In this document: piece after piece, positions 35,831 through 45,799 of the stretch
Layout of the letters: the number at the start of each line of letters is the position of its first letter
How positions within the stretch are numbered: position 1 is the stretch's first letter
DNA from: Gammaproteobacteria bacterium
GTDB taxonomy: Bacteria > Pseudomonadota > Gammaproteobacteria > Steroidobacterales > Rariloculaceae
DNA: 64,000 nucleotides
NCBI GenBank assembly: GCA_029243585.1
Contig: JAQWRR010000018.1
Span: forward strand, 2,059-66,058
Direction of reading: 5' to 3'
Made by a program: the position numbers and the translations under genes
Notes under the pieces: generated by a model
What the model saw: only the letters and a program-made list of their open reading frames with translations
Database searches by the model: none
Told to the model about the DNA's origin: nothing

Positions 35831-37672
35831 TTATCCTGTTGCCCTAGCTGCAGATAGAAGACGAGCATTACGTTTTCTATCCGTTTCCTTCAAATACATC
35901 TTACGTAAACGAATACTCTTTGGTGTTATCTCTACCAATTCATCATCATCAATAAATTCGAGTGCTTGCTCTAATGAAAGTGTAATAGGTGGAGTAAGCA
36001 ATAAGTTTTCATCTGTTCCAGCGGCACGAATATTAGTCAATTGTTTTGCTTTTGTTGGATTAACTGTTAGATCACTCTGACGACTATGTATTCCTATAAT
36101 CATGCCTTCATAAACATCAGCGCCATGCCCAATAAATAAAGATCCCCTTTCTTGCAAAGTGAAAAGCGAATAAGCAAGAGCCTTACCAGCAGCCATAGAG
36201 ACAAGGACTCCATTTGAGCGCCGGCCAATATCATCATCTATGCATGGCTCATATTGCTCAAATGCATGATAGATTAATCCTGTGCCAGCAGTTGCAGTGA
36301 GGTATTCGGTACGAAAACCAATAAGCCCGCGAGCAGGAATACTATATTCCAATCTAACCCGGCCCCTACTATCAGGGGTCATAGTCTCAAGCTTTCCTTT
36401 GCGCTCAGCAATCCGAGACATAACAGCGCCTTGGTAATCTTCATCAAAATCAACAGTAAGCCGTTCCCAAGGCTCCATACGTTTTCCATCTATGTTTTTA
36501 TAGATCACAGCTGGACGTGAAACTGCAAGCTCATAACCTTCTCTTCGCATCGTTTCTATCAAGACGCCAAGATGTAGTTCACCACGACCTGAAACAATAA
36601 ACTTTTCTGGATCGTCCGTCGGTTCAACTCGCAACGCAACGTTACGTTTCAATTCCTGGTCAAGTCGAGCGCTTATTTGACGACTTGTTACAAACTTACC
36701 TTCTGTTCCAGAAAAGGGTGATTTGTTAACTTGAAATGTCATGCTGATGGTAGGTTCATCAACATTTAAAGGAGGTAACGGTTCCGGGTTATTTAGATCA
36801 CAAATAGTATCGGAAAGAAGAAGATCTGATATGCCACTAAAAACGATTATATCCCCAGCCTGTGCTGATTGAATTGATTCTCGCTGAAGTCCATGAAAAC
36901 CATAAATCTCCATAATTTTTCCGTTGCTCTTACTTCCATCTGCACGGACAACACATACTTGTGAGTTTGCTTCCATCCGACCACGCGTAATTCGTCCAAT
37001 CCCAAGTGCCCCTACATAAGAATTGTAGTCAAGGCTAGATACTTGCACTTGAAGAGGTCCATCAGATGCTACTTTCGGTGGGGGAACGTGAGAAGTTATA
37101 GCACTCAATAAAGGTGACATATCAGTGGCTTGTATTGCTAGGTCATGCGTTGCATATCCATTCAAAGCTGAAGCATAAATCACAGGAAAATCAAGCTGTT
37201 TATCACTAGCGCCCAAGCGGTCAAATAGGTCGAAAGTTTGGTCAAGAACCCAATCAGCTCGGGCCCCATCACGATCAATTTTATTAATTACAACAAGCGG
37301 TATAAAACCACGTTCAAATGCCTTCTGTGTAACAAAACGTGTTTGCGGCATTGGCCCCTCAACAGCATCAACCAGCAAGAGAACTCCATCAACCATGGAT
37401 AAAACTCTCTCAACCTCACCACCAAAATCTGCATGGCCTGGAGTATCAACAATATTTATACGCCAATCATTCCAAGTAATAGCGGTATTCTTTGAAAGAA
37501 TAGTGATTCCGCGCTCACGCTCAAGATCACCGGAATCCATAATACGGTCGGGTATAGCAGCTCGCTCACCTAAAGTTCCAGATTGCTGTAAAAGACGATC
37601 TACTAGGGTGGTTTTACCGTGATCAACATGCGCGATGATGGCTATATTTCGAAGGTGCTTCATATTGGACAT
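35831..37672 (-). CDS. typA: Translational GTPase TypA/BipA
   Basis: AHVDHGKTTL, DTPGHADF and NKID G-motifs. 613 aa with the EF-G-like domain order. Confidence 0.95.
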   Translation of the reverse strand: MSNMKHLRNIAIIAHVDHGKTTLVDRLLQQSGTLGERAAIPDRIMDSGDLERERGITILSKNTAITWNDWRINIVDTPGHADFGGEVERVLSMVDGVLLLVDAVEGPMPQTRFVTQKAFERGFIPLVVINKIDRDGARADWVLDQTFDLFDRLGASDKQLDFPVIYASALNGYATHDLAIQATDMSPLLSAITSHVPPPKVASDGPLQVQVSSLDYNSYVGALGIGRITRGRMEANSQVCVVRADGSKSNGKIMEIYGFHGLQRESIQSAQAGDIIVFSGISDLLLSDTICDLNNPEPLPPLNVDEPTISMTFQVNKSPFSGTEGKFVTSRQISARLDQELKRNVALRVEPTDDPEKFIVSGRGELHLGVLIETMRREGYELAVSRPAVIYKNIDGKRMEPWERLTVDFDEDYQGAVMSRIAERKGKLETMTPDSRGRVRLEYSIPARGLIGFRTEYLTATAGTGLIYHAFEQYEPCIDDDIGRRSNGVLVSMAAGKALAYSLFTLQERGSLFIGHGADVYEGMIIGIHSRQSDLTVNPTKAKQLTNIRAAGTDENLLLTPPITLSLEQALEFIDDDELVEITPKSIRLRKMYLKETDRKRNARLLSAARATG

Positions 37673-37847
37673 AGTGATAAAGAAACTGCGGAGGGGCGCG
37701 CATTATAGAGCTAGTTCCAGTAATTTCCTCTAGTATGCTGAAACAACCACTTAGAGTGGGATGAACTCAACAGACACTATACAGTGGTAGATAGATTTTG
37801 CGCAGCAAATAAACCTGATGCGGGGTCTTTAGCGCTTAATATGCTAG

Positions 37848-38441
37848 TTATTCCTCGTTAATTATTAACCACTTCTGCATAAGCGCCTGCGCTTCGCTAA
37901 CACCTCTCTTCTTTGTTCCAGAAAAAAGAATCAACGGAACCTTAGAGGGTACAGATTTTTTGGTATTCATTAACTGTTCAAGGCTGGAGCTATTACTTAG
38001 CTTATCGGCTTTGGTCAATAAAATAGCAACAGGAACCCTAGAACTTTCGCCCCAATCAAGCATTGTTTGATCTAAATTATTTAGTCCTCGACGTATATCT
38101 ATCGTCACAATCAATCCGGCTAATGATGTCCGTTCCAAAAAATAAGATTCAAGTAATTTGCGCCAATGTTTTTGTACTGACTCGGGCACCTTTGCATAGC
38201 CATAGCCTGGCAAATCAACTACTCGACGTTCCATGCCTAAATCAAAAAAATTAATAAGCTGAGTGCGGCCAGGGGTCTTACTTATTCTTGCAAGTTTACG
38301 TCTTTGCAAAATTGCATTTATTGCTGTTGATTTGCCCGAGTTGGAACGCCCAGCGACAGCAATCTCCAGCCCAAAATCTGCTGGGAACTGATTAGGCTCA
38401 TGAGCACTCTTTATGAAAGTAGAGGTAAACGGGTTATTCAT
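37848..38441 (-). CDS. engB: Ribosome-biogenesis GTPase YihA/EngB
   Basis: GRSNSGKST, DLPGYGYA and TKADK motifs. Conserved neighbourhood with polA and dsbA. Confidence 0.92.
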   Translation of the reverse strand: MNNPFTSTFIKSAHEPNQFPADFGLEIAVAGRSNSGKSTAINAILQRRKLARISKTPGRTQLINFFDLGMERRVVDLPGYGYAKVPESVQKHWRKLLESYFLERTSLAGLIVTIDIRRGLNNLDQTMLDWGESSRVPVAILLTKADKLSNSSSLEQLMNTKKSVPSKVPLILFSGTKKRGVSEAQALMQKWLIINEE

Positions 38442-38615
38442 GTGTGCTTATCTACTATACAAAACTTGTTAATACTGACTTCTATTTTATTAGTGTACAA
38501 TTTACGGCCGCCTTGAAGGTGACAGACCAAAGGCAAGGGGACAGTAATTATGAGCTGTGATGGTCTACGTTTAAAGTCTGCGCTAAGAAGATACGGTGCT
38601 TAGAGGAATCCCGAA

Positions 38616-39290
38616 ATGACAACAAAAAAATTAGTACATCAAATATTTACGGCCACATTAACAATGGCCGTACTACTAATAGGACAGCCCATTTTTGCTC
38701 AGGGTGATGCTGCAAACACCTCGGATAGATTTCAACTTGGCACACACTATGACCGACTTTCTCCAACCCAACCAACCAGCTCCAGCCCAGATCAGGTAGA
38801 GGTTGCAGAGGTTTTTTGGTACGGCTGTCCACACTGCTACACTTTTGACCCTTTCCTGGAGAATTGGAAGTCCGACCTACCGGATAATGTTAGCTTCGTG
38901 AGAATTCCAGCTGTTTGGAACCCTCTTATACAGTTACACGCACGCGCGTATTATGCTGCAGAAGCTTTAGGCAAGAGCGAAGAAATGCATGCGGCATTTT
39001 TCAGAGAAATCCATGTGAATGGTAACTACCTCGACTCAGAAGCAGCACTACAAACTTTCTTTGGTCAATTCAATGTAAGTCCGGAAGAATTTACTAACAC
39101 CTTTAACTCTTTTGCGGTACATACGAAGCTTCAAAGAGCAGATGAACTTTCAAGGCGTTACCGTATAGCGGCCGTACCAACGGTTATTGTTAATGGAAAA
39201 TACACGACAAATGCCACGTCAGCCGGTAATTACGAAACCCTTATTGAGCTGATCCGAGAGCTTGTCACCTCTGAATCTTCAGGAAATTAA
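38616..39290 (+). CDS. dsbA: Thiol:disulfide interchange protein DsbA
   Basis: Signal peptide and the active site FWYGCPHCY. Length is typical for DsbA. Confidence 0.9.
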   Translation: MTTKKLVHQIFTATLTMAVLLIGQPIFAQGDAANTSDRFQLGTHYDRLSPTQPTSSSPDQVEVAEVFWYGCPHCYTFDPFLENWKSDLPDNVSFVRIPAVWNPLIQLHARAYYAAEALGKSEEMHAAFFREIHVNGNYLDSEAALQTFFGQFNVSPEEFTNTFNSFAVHTKLQRADELSRRYRIAAVPTVIVNGKYTTNATSAGNYETLIELIRELVTSESSGN

Positions 39291-39365
39291 TTTATATCTA
39301 AATTAATATCAGACTGATATATATGGAGTTTCCAGAAACTCAATACATGAGATCGTAAAGCAATC

Positions 39366-41291
39366 TTAGATAATTGGTTTACTCCGAATAGAAACTTTAT
39401 AGAGATAAAAAGCAATCGCGAACGTCACAAGCAGGCCGACTACTCCTGGTAGCTCTACTGACAATGCAATTACATTGGGGTTACCCGTAACAACAATGGG
39501 AATTGCCATTAGGATGCCAATTAACGCCTCACCTGTTATCAGGCCGGATGCGAATAAAGTGCCGTTCTTTAAGGAAGCGCCATCGGTACCGTTGACCCTA
39601 TTACTACGATTAGCAAAATAGGCTAATAAGCCCCCCACAAGTATTGCCGTAGATAATTGCAGTGGCAAATAAATTCCTACAGCCACAGCTAGAACTGGCG
39701 CACGCCAACTGCTGCCACGCGTCTTAAGCGTTTGGTCTATAGCAATTATTACTATGCCTATTACAGCGCCTATAAGAACCATACCCCAAGGCAATCCTGA
39801 ACCGAAGACACCTTCTGTCACAGATGCCATCAGCGTAGCTTGGGGAGCAAGTAAAGCATTCGGCTGTTCTAGAGATGGCGTTCCAATACCATACGCTCTC
39901 AATAAAAGATTTAAAATCGGCGCCATAACTAACACAGCGGAAATAACTCCAACGGCCTGCATGCATTGCTGACGCCAGGGTGTTGCACCCAACAGGTAGC
40001 CTGCTTTTAAATCCTGTAGATTATCCCCAGCAATCGCTGCTGCACTGCAAACTACCGCCCCGACCATAATGGCAGCGGCAGGACCCGCAACAGAATCACT
40101 TCCCATTAGCCAAAAAAGCAGAAGCGAGGTGAAAAGTATTGTTGCAATCGTAATGCCAGAAATTGGATTGTTTGAGGAACCAACAAGACCGGCCATATAA
40201 GCTGCCACTGAAGAAAATAAAAAACCTGTAATTACCATGATGAATGTCATAGTAATTGCAATACCAAAACTACCTACAATAGATTGATATAAGAAAAAAA
40301 TTGGAACTAAAAATATTACTATCGTCCATAAAACAAGACTCATAGGCATATCGTGTTGTCTATGATCATAGTGGAGCGCCTCGCTTATAAGTTTGGAGTT
40401 CAGCCCACTTTTAATTCCAGATAGTAACGTCCCACGCATAGAAATCAGAGCCCCGATGCCTCCAACTAACATAGCCCCTACACCGAGATAACGTATTTTT
40501 GATGTCCAAATGCTATAAGCCAAATCCGATGGATTCGCTCCTTCAGAAAAACTAGTTATTAGGGCAGGATCAGTACCAAGAAAAAATGCAGAGTAAATCG
40601 GAATCGCTAGGTACCAAGAAATCGCTCCGCCTATAAAAACTAGAATAGCTATATTGAGACCCACTATAAAACCAACGCTAATAAGCGCGGGTGATAAATT
40701 TATTCCAACATAAGCGATAGCGCTACTAGAGCCCAGGTAGCTTGCCGTCTGAGTAGCTCCTGGCCAAAGCCGCAGCCCTGTCTCGGCTAATTTAGCCAAG
40801 GCACCTAAAACAGCTGCTATACCAAGGTATTGTGCGCCTTGTGCGCCGCTTACCCCAATCTTAAGAACTTCTGCCGTTGCTGTACCTTCTGGGTATCTGA
40901 GCTGTTCCTCCACAATTAGCGAGCGGCGCAATGGAACCGTGAAAAGCACGCCTAATAAACCCCCAAGCCCAGCTATAACACTTACCCACCAATACTCAAA
41001 AACATCCCAATATCCAAGAATGATAAGAGCCGGTAATGTGAAAATAACTCCCGCTGCAATTGACTCTCCTGCTGATGCTGCAGTTTGCACTATATTATTT
41101 TCAAGAATATTAGACTCTTTAAACAATTTTAGAATAGCCATGGATATCACTGCTGCAGGAATAGATGCGGAAACAGTTAGACCAGCAAAAAGACCTAAGT
41201 AAGCATTAGCTCCTGCCAAACTCATTGATAAAGCTATCCCTAGAAAAATCGCCTTCAGGGTAAGTTGGGGCATTAGTTTTTCTTCTGACAT
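39366..41291 (-). CDS. OPT-family oligopeptide transporter
   Basis: 641 aa with about 16 hydrophobic segments. The Gly/Ala-rich pattern and length are typical of bacterial OPT proteins. The family call is from memory. Confidence 0.7.
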   Translation of the reverse strand: MSEEKLMPQLTLKAIFLGIALSMSLAGANAYLGLFAGLTVSASIPAAVISMAILKLFKESNILENNIVQTAASAGESIAAGVIFTLPALIILGYWDVFEYWWVSVIAGLGGLLGVLFTVPLRRSLIVEEQLRYPEGTATAEVLKIGVSGAQGAQYLGIAAVLGALAKLAETGLRLWPGATQTASYLGSSSAIAYVGINLSPALISVGFIVGLNIAILVFIGGAISWYLAIPIYSAFFLGTDPALITSFSEGANPSDLAYSIWTSKIRYLGVGAMLVGGIGALISMRGTLLSGIKSGLNSKLISEALHYDHRQHDMPMSLVLWTIVIFLVPIFFLYQSIVGSFGIAITMTFIMVITGFLFSSVAAYMAGLVGSSNNPISGITIATILFTSLLLFWLMGSDSVAGPAAAIMVGAVVCSAAAIAGDNLQDLKAGYLLGATPWRQQCMQAVGVISAVLVMAPILNLLLRAYGIGTPSLEQPNALLAPQATLMASVTEGVFGSGLPWGMVLIGAVIGIVIIAIDQTLKTRGSSWRAPVLAVAVGIYLPLQLSTAILVGGLLAYFANRSNRVNGTDGASLKNGTLFASGLITGEALIGILMAIPIVVTGNPNVIALSVELPGVVGLLVTFAIAFYLYKVSIRSKPII

Positions 41292-41340
41292 TGGAGCGCT
41301 TCTCTCTTGTCTTATCTTGTAGACTGATAAGTTTCTTGAA

Positions 41341-42837
41341 CTAGTTACTGTCTCCAGCCAAACGCTTTAGATAGCCTGAGGCAAGCATCAAGATTAATCC
41401 AGCTCCCACGGTCATCATAACTAGTTGCAAATATAAGCTAGGCATTTCATCCACTGCATCAGACCTAAATTCTCCTGCAAAAAGCCCTGCCAATATGCTC
41501 CCCAAAGACAAAGACAAGAACCAAACACCCATCATCTGTCCGACTAGTCGGCGTGGTGCAAGCTTTGTAATTGCGCTCATACCTACTGGGCTTAATGCAA
41601 GTTCTCCCATTGTCATCAATAAGTAAGTAAATATTAGCCAGGATGGCAATACCTGTTGCCCCTCAGCAACTAGCGATGCTGCCCCAATCATTACTATAAA
41701 ACCGATGCCAAGAATTATTAACCCTATTGCAAGCTTCAATGGTGAGCTTGGGTCCATATGTCGTCTTGCAAGAGCCACCCAAAACATTGAATACAGAGGC
41801 CCTAAAAGAATGATAAAGACTGGGTTTGCAGACTGAAACCAGCTGGCTGGTATAACAAAACTACCAAACTCTCTGATCGTATAACGTTCAGCGAATAGGT
41901 TTAGAGAAGAACCCGCTTGCTCCGAACCAACCCAAAAAACGGTAGCAGCACTGATTAAGACAAAAATTAATGCCATTTTTCGGCGCTCACTGTCAGTCAG
42001 CCCACTGAAACCGAAGATGTACAAAAAATAAGCCGCGGCTACAGTAACAATTACATAGGTGGCTCCTTGGGCTAAAAGAATTGCGTCATATTTAATCCAA
42101 CCCATAACTCCTGCTATAAAGAGGTATGCAACCAAAACGATACAAGCAGTGATGATTGTCCATGCATAACGTCTAAATCGATTACTCTGGTTAACCGTTG
42201 GATCAGGTTCTCTGCCAGCGCTCCCTAAATGGTGGCGTGTCAAATGAAATTGAATCAATCCAAACAACATGCCAAAACCCGCTGCTGCAAATCCATAATG
42301 CCAGTTTTGAAGCGCCAACCAACCGCAGACTAGTGGTCCTAGCGCAGCACCAAGATTGATGCCCATATAAAAGATAGTAAATCCACTGTCACGACGCGGA
42401 TCATCTTGTTCATAAAGGTCTCCAACTATCGCTGTGATATTAGGCTTTAGAAGACCCGTTCCAAAAACTATAACTATTAGTCCCAGAAAAAAAATCACAT
42501 CACTGGGAATAGCCAAAATAAAATGCCCAGCCATAATGATGATGCCACCGACCCATACGGCACGCTGTGCGCCCATCAATCGATCTGCAATCCATCCGCC
42601 TGGAAGTGACCCAAGAAAAACTGCCGCTGTATATAGGCCATAGATAGCCGTTGCATTTTGATCAGATAATGCGAGCCCTCCATCCTCTATCGCTGCTATC
42701 ATAAAAAGAACTAGCAATGCACGCATACCGTAGTAGCTGAAACGTTCCCACATCTCCGTCATAAATAGAGTTGCAAGGCCTCTGGGATGACCGAATAGGT
42801 CTTTTTGTCCTACGTGAGTAGATGTGTGGTTGCTCAT
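41341..42837 (-). CDS. Proton-dependent oligopeptide transporter (POT/PTR2, DtpA-like)
   Basis: PTR2 signature region GHPRGLATLFMTEMWERFSYYGMRALL and a 14-TM layout. I prefer ATG 42837 (MSNHTS), which is 13 nt downstream of the tatC stop. The longer ORF would overlap tatC. Confidence 0.88.
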   Translation of the reverse strand: MSNHTSTHVGQKDLFGHPRGLATLFMTEMWERFSYYGMRALLVLFMIAAIEDGGLALSDQNATAIYGLYTAAVFLGSLPGGWIADRLMGAQRAVWVGGIIIMAGHFILAIPSDVIFFLGLIVIVFGTGLLKPNITAIVGDLYEQDDPRRDSGFTIFYMGINLGAALGPLVCGWLALQNWHYGFAAAGFGMLFGLIQFHLTRHHLGSAGREPDPTVNQSNRFRRYAWTIITACIVLVAYLFIAGVMGWIKYDAILLAQGATYVIVTVAAAYFLYIFGFSGLTDSERRKMALIFVLISAATVFWVGSEQAGSSLNLFAERYTIREFGSFVIPASWFQSANPVFIILLGPLYSMFWVALARRHMDPSSPLKLAIGLIILGIGFIVMIGAASLVAEGQQVLPSWLIFTYLLMTMGELALSPVGMSAITKLAPRRLVGQMMGVWFLSLSLGSILAGLFAGEFRSDAVDEMPSLYLQLVMMTVGAGLILMLASGYLKRLAGDSN

Positions 42838-42850
42838 AGTTATCAAAAAA

Positions 42851-43630
42851 TTATCTGTCTGTTGAATCTGATTTATCAGCACTAGCTGAAACATCAGCCT
42901 GCTTTCCAAGCACCCTTGCTAGGATAAGACCGGCTTCATAAAGAAGGTAAACTGGAACCGCCAGAAGCGTCTGGGAAATAGCATCTGGGGGCGTAAGCAG
43001 CATACCCATAACGAATGCACCCAAAAAAACATACGCTCGAGCTTTTCCAAGCACCTCTAATGAAACAAGACCACTCCAAACAAGCATTACCGTAGCAATC
43101 GGCACTTCGAACGCCAGACCAAACGCAAAAAAGATAGTCAAAATAAAGTCTAGATATGAGCTTATATCCGTCATCATCGTAACGCCCTCAGGCGAAACAG
43201 CTGCAAAAAAACCGAACATCAATGGGAAAACAACAAAATATGCGAACGCAACGCCCGAATAAAAAAGAACAATGCTTGAAATAAGTAGAGGAGAGGCAAA
43301 CCTTTTTTCTTTTCGATAAAGCCCAGGCGCTATAAAACCCCAAACCTGATAAAGAATTACTGGCATTGATAGAAATACCGCTACAAAGAGCGAAGTTTTA
43401 AATGGAGTAAGAAAAGGTGATGCAACTTGCGTAGCAATCATGGTAGCGTTTTCGGGTAGGCGCTCCATCAATGGGGTTGCTACTATCGTAAAAGTTTGCT
43501 CAGCAAATGGAATCAAGCATACAAAAATCAAAAGTATAGAGAGCGCTGAACGAATTAAACGCGATCTAAGTTCCACCAGGTGTGAAACCAAGCTACCCTC
43601 AGCAAGCTGCTCCTCACTCTCCATGCTCAT
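42851..43630 (-). CDS. tatC: Twin-arginine translocase subunit TatC
   Basis: HLVELRSRLI opening, 6 TM segments, and position after tatA and tatB. Confidence 0.93.
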   Translation of the reverse strand: MSMESEEQLAEGSLVSHLVELRSRLIRSALSILLIFVCLIPFAEQTFTIVATPLMERLPENATMIATQVASPFLTPFKTSLFVAVFLSMPVILYQVWGFIAPGLYRKEKRFASPLLISSIVLFYSGVAFAYFVVFPLMFGFFAAVSPEGVTMMTDISSYLDFILTIFFAFGLAFEVPIATVMLVWSGLVSLEVLGKARAYVFLGAFVMGMLLTPPDAISQTLLAVPVYLLYEAGLILARVLGKQADVSASADKSDSTDR

Positions 43631-44079
43631 GGATGCTTTATCTGATCTTCCTGGACACTTTCATCGATTGCGTTTGCGTTAGTACTGTCAGGCGTTGACA
43701 TTATTTTATTTTCCCCAGGATTATCTTCGTTTTTCTCAACTTTCTGACTGTTCTTACCATCCGTTTCTAAAGAACCTTCTAAAGTCTCGTTTACATCTCT
43801 AGGAGCACTACTCATAGACCCTTTAGAAACAGAGGGCGTAACGCCACTGGACTGAGGTTGACTCCCCATGGGTTTTGGCGGATTAGTTGGTGCACGCTTC
43901 TTAAACTCTTCCATTTCCAACTCTCTCTGAAGCTGACGTCTAAGCTCGCTAGCAGTTCTACGGGCCCGACCCACCCACCTACCAATCTGCGCTGCCACTC
44001 GCGGCATACGCTCCGGGCCGAGTATCATTAACCCGACTCCAAAAATCAGAATTACTTCCCAGAATCCAACGTCAAACAT
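43627..44079 (-). CDS. tatB: Twin-arginine translocase subunit TatB
   Basis: [27 protein letters not shown]-terminus followed by an amphipathic helix. Overlaps tatC. Confidence 0.9.
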   Translation of the reverse strand: MFDVGFWEVILIFGVGLMILGPERMPRVAAQIGRWVGRARRTASELRRQLQRELEMEEFKKRAPTNPPKPMGSQPQSSGVTPSVSKGSMSSAPRDVNETLEGSLETDGKNSQKVEKNEDNPGENKIMSTPDSTNANAIDESVQEDQIKHP

Positions 44080-44339
44080 TAGGTCTCGCTGCTCTTGCTC
44101 GTATCTTTCTGCTCAACAAATTCAGCATCGGCATCCCCCGCCTCAAGTTGCGGGCTCTCATCTTTCGTGTCATCCGTTGTTGCAGTACCCTCGTCATCGT
44201 TATCCATGGCCTTTCGGAAGCTCTTAAGCCCGGCACCCAAATCACCACCCACTGACTTCAGTCGCTTAGTACCAAAAATCAGCAAAACAATAAGCAAAAC
44301 GATTAGCAGCTGCCAGAGGCTTATCCCACCAAATCCCAT
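44079..44339 (-). CDS. tatA: Twin-arginine translocase subunit TatA
   Basis: [28 protein letters not shown]-terminus. 86 aa with an acidic tail. Confidence 0.92.
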   Translation of the reverse strand: MGFGGISLWQLLIVLLIVLLIFGTKRLKSVGGDLGAGLKSFRKAMDNDDEGTATTDDTKDESPQLEAGDADAEFVEQKDTSKSSET

Positions 44340-44395
44340 TTCAGCTCTCCAGTAAAAACTTAGGGGTCAATAATACGCGAAAGCGGGCTTTCAGC

Positions 44396-44857
44396 TTAGA
44401 CTAAATCACTATGAGGCATAACTCGAAGCAAAAAAGTCACTGGACCCTCGTTACAAAGACTGACTTGCATAGTCTTCCCGAAACAGCCAGAAAACACTGG
44501 TACTGCAGATTTTTCACCACAACTGACTAGATGGTCGAAAAGTTCACTACTTAACTTTGGTGAAGCAGCCCGTGAGAATCCAGGCCTTGTTCCCTTGTTT
44601 GTGTCTGCTACCAAAGTAAATTGTGGCACAAGAATCATGCTACCCCCAGCCTCCTGGATATTAAGGTTCATACGATCTTGATTATCTGGAAACACTCGGT
44701 ATGTTAGAAGCCTATCCAAAAGACGGTTCGTTTGCTCAACCCCATCATCTCTCTCAATTCCGACCATTACTAGTAGTCCTAGATCAATTTGCGCAACAAT
44801 TCGACTGTCCACCATCACACTAGCTTGGCTAACACGTTGTAATAACCCAATCACCAA
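44396..44857 (-). CDS. dtd: D-aminoacyl-tRNA deacylase
   Basis: IGLLQRV opening, SQFTL-like VPQFTLVADT, and the C-terminal NEGPVTFLL motif. Non-ATG start. Confidence 0.9.
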   Translation of the reverse strand: MVIGLLQRVSQASVMVDSRIVAQIDLGLLVMVGIERDDGVEQTNRLLDRLLTYRVFPDNQDRMNLNIQEAGGSMILVPQFTLVADTNKGTRPGFSRAASPKLSSELFDHLVSCGEKSAVPVFSGCFGKTMQVSLCNEGPVTFLLRVMPHSDLV

Positions 44858-45005
44858 TATTTCTCTCTATTTTTAATTGATTTTAAACAGTTTTATTTGA
44901 CACCTTAAGGACCAGACAAAAAATCAGCATAAAAAACAAAACACTTCTTATAAATAAAGTTGTTAAAATATCCCACTTTTATCTTAATTTATTTATTTAT
45001 TAGTT

Positions 45006-45050
45006 AATTTTTACCACTTATATATTAATTATCTAAAAGTGGTAAAAATT
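45006..45050. promoter_or_regulatory. Perfect 14-bp inverted repeat (candidate regulator-binding site) in the dtd/azurin intergenic region
   Basis: AATTTTTACCACTT (45006-45019) and AAGTGGTAAAAATT (45037-45050) are exact reverse complements separated by 17 nt. They sit in the longest non-coding stretch of the window (44858-45303), which is very AT-rich. Confidence 0.4.
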
Positions 45051-45303
45051 TACAACTTTACTTTGATAGGACCATTAAATGCCTCCAACTGAGCATTAAC
45101 TACTAAAGAGTTACCATTTAGCAAAAAACGGTCATTAGCAATGTTCTGTTAAGATGCCCTTCCGGAGTTCAGCTTGTCACTATCATGAGCTAAAATCTGT
45201 TAATTAAACGGCCAAATCTACAGGACAATCTTATTGTCTGTTTAAAAGTGTTAATAGCATAAATTCAGCAACTAAGGCTAAACTCTATGAGGTATAAAAT
45301 TAA

Positions 45304-45753
45304 ATGAGAGGTTATTTTGCCACCTTTGTTTTTATAACATTACTAATATTCAATGGAAGCGCTTTAAGCCAAGAGTGCTCTCAAACCATCGAGGGTAATG
45401 ATTTGGTTCAGTATAGCCTTGCTGAGATTGTTGTGAGCTCAGCGTGTGAACAGTTCACAGTAACCTTAGAGCATGTAGGGCAGTTACCTGCCAATGTTAT
45501 GGGACATAACTGGGTATTAACATCTACCGCCGATTACATGCCTGTAGCAGCGAATGCGCAAGCCATGGGCCCGCCCAGTTATTTGCCAGAGAGCGACCCT
45601 AGAATTATTGGTGCAACTGATATGATTGGCGGAGGTCAAGAAACTTCTGTCACATTTGATGTTTCTGCTCTTGAACTGGGTGGGGACTATACATATTTCT
45701 GCTCTTTTCCTGGGCATAATGTCCTAATGAACGGCAAGCTTATTATTGAGTAA
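45304..45753 (+). CDS. azu: Azurin (type-1 blue copper protein)
   Basis: Signal peptide. Collinear with remembered P. aeruginosa azurin: ECS..IEGND, C.QFTV.L.H.G.LP.NVMGHNWVL, and the copper ligands in YFCSFPGHNVLMNG. Confidence 0.93.
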   Translation: MRGYFATFVFITLLIFNGSALSQECSQTIEGNDLVQYSLAEIVVSSACEQFTVTLEHVGQLPANVMGHNWVLTSTADYMPVAANAQAMGPPSYLPESDPRIIGATDMIGGGQETSVTFDVSALELGGDYTYFCSFPGHNVLMNGKLIIE

Positions 45754-45799
45754 TAATGCATGCTAAATTCGTAAATAGTCGCCTCAAGGATTCATAAGC

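Noticed and set aside
38550-38603. 17-codon ORF (MSCDGLRLKSALRRYGA) upstream of dsbA, considered as a possible leader peptide
   Set aside because: It has no Shine-Dalgarno-like sequence, no attenuator structure that I could fold by eye, and no known precedent for dsbA.
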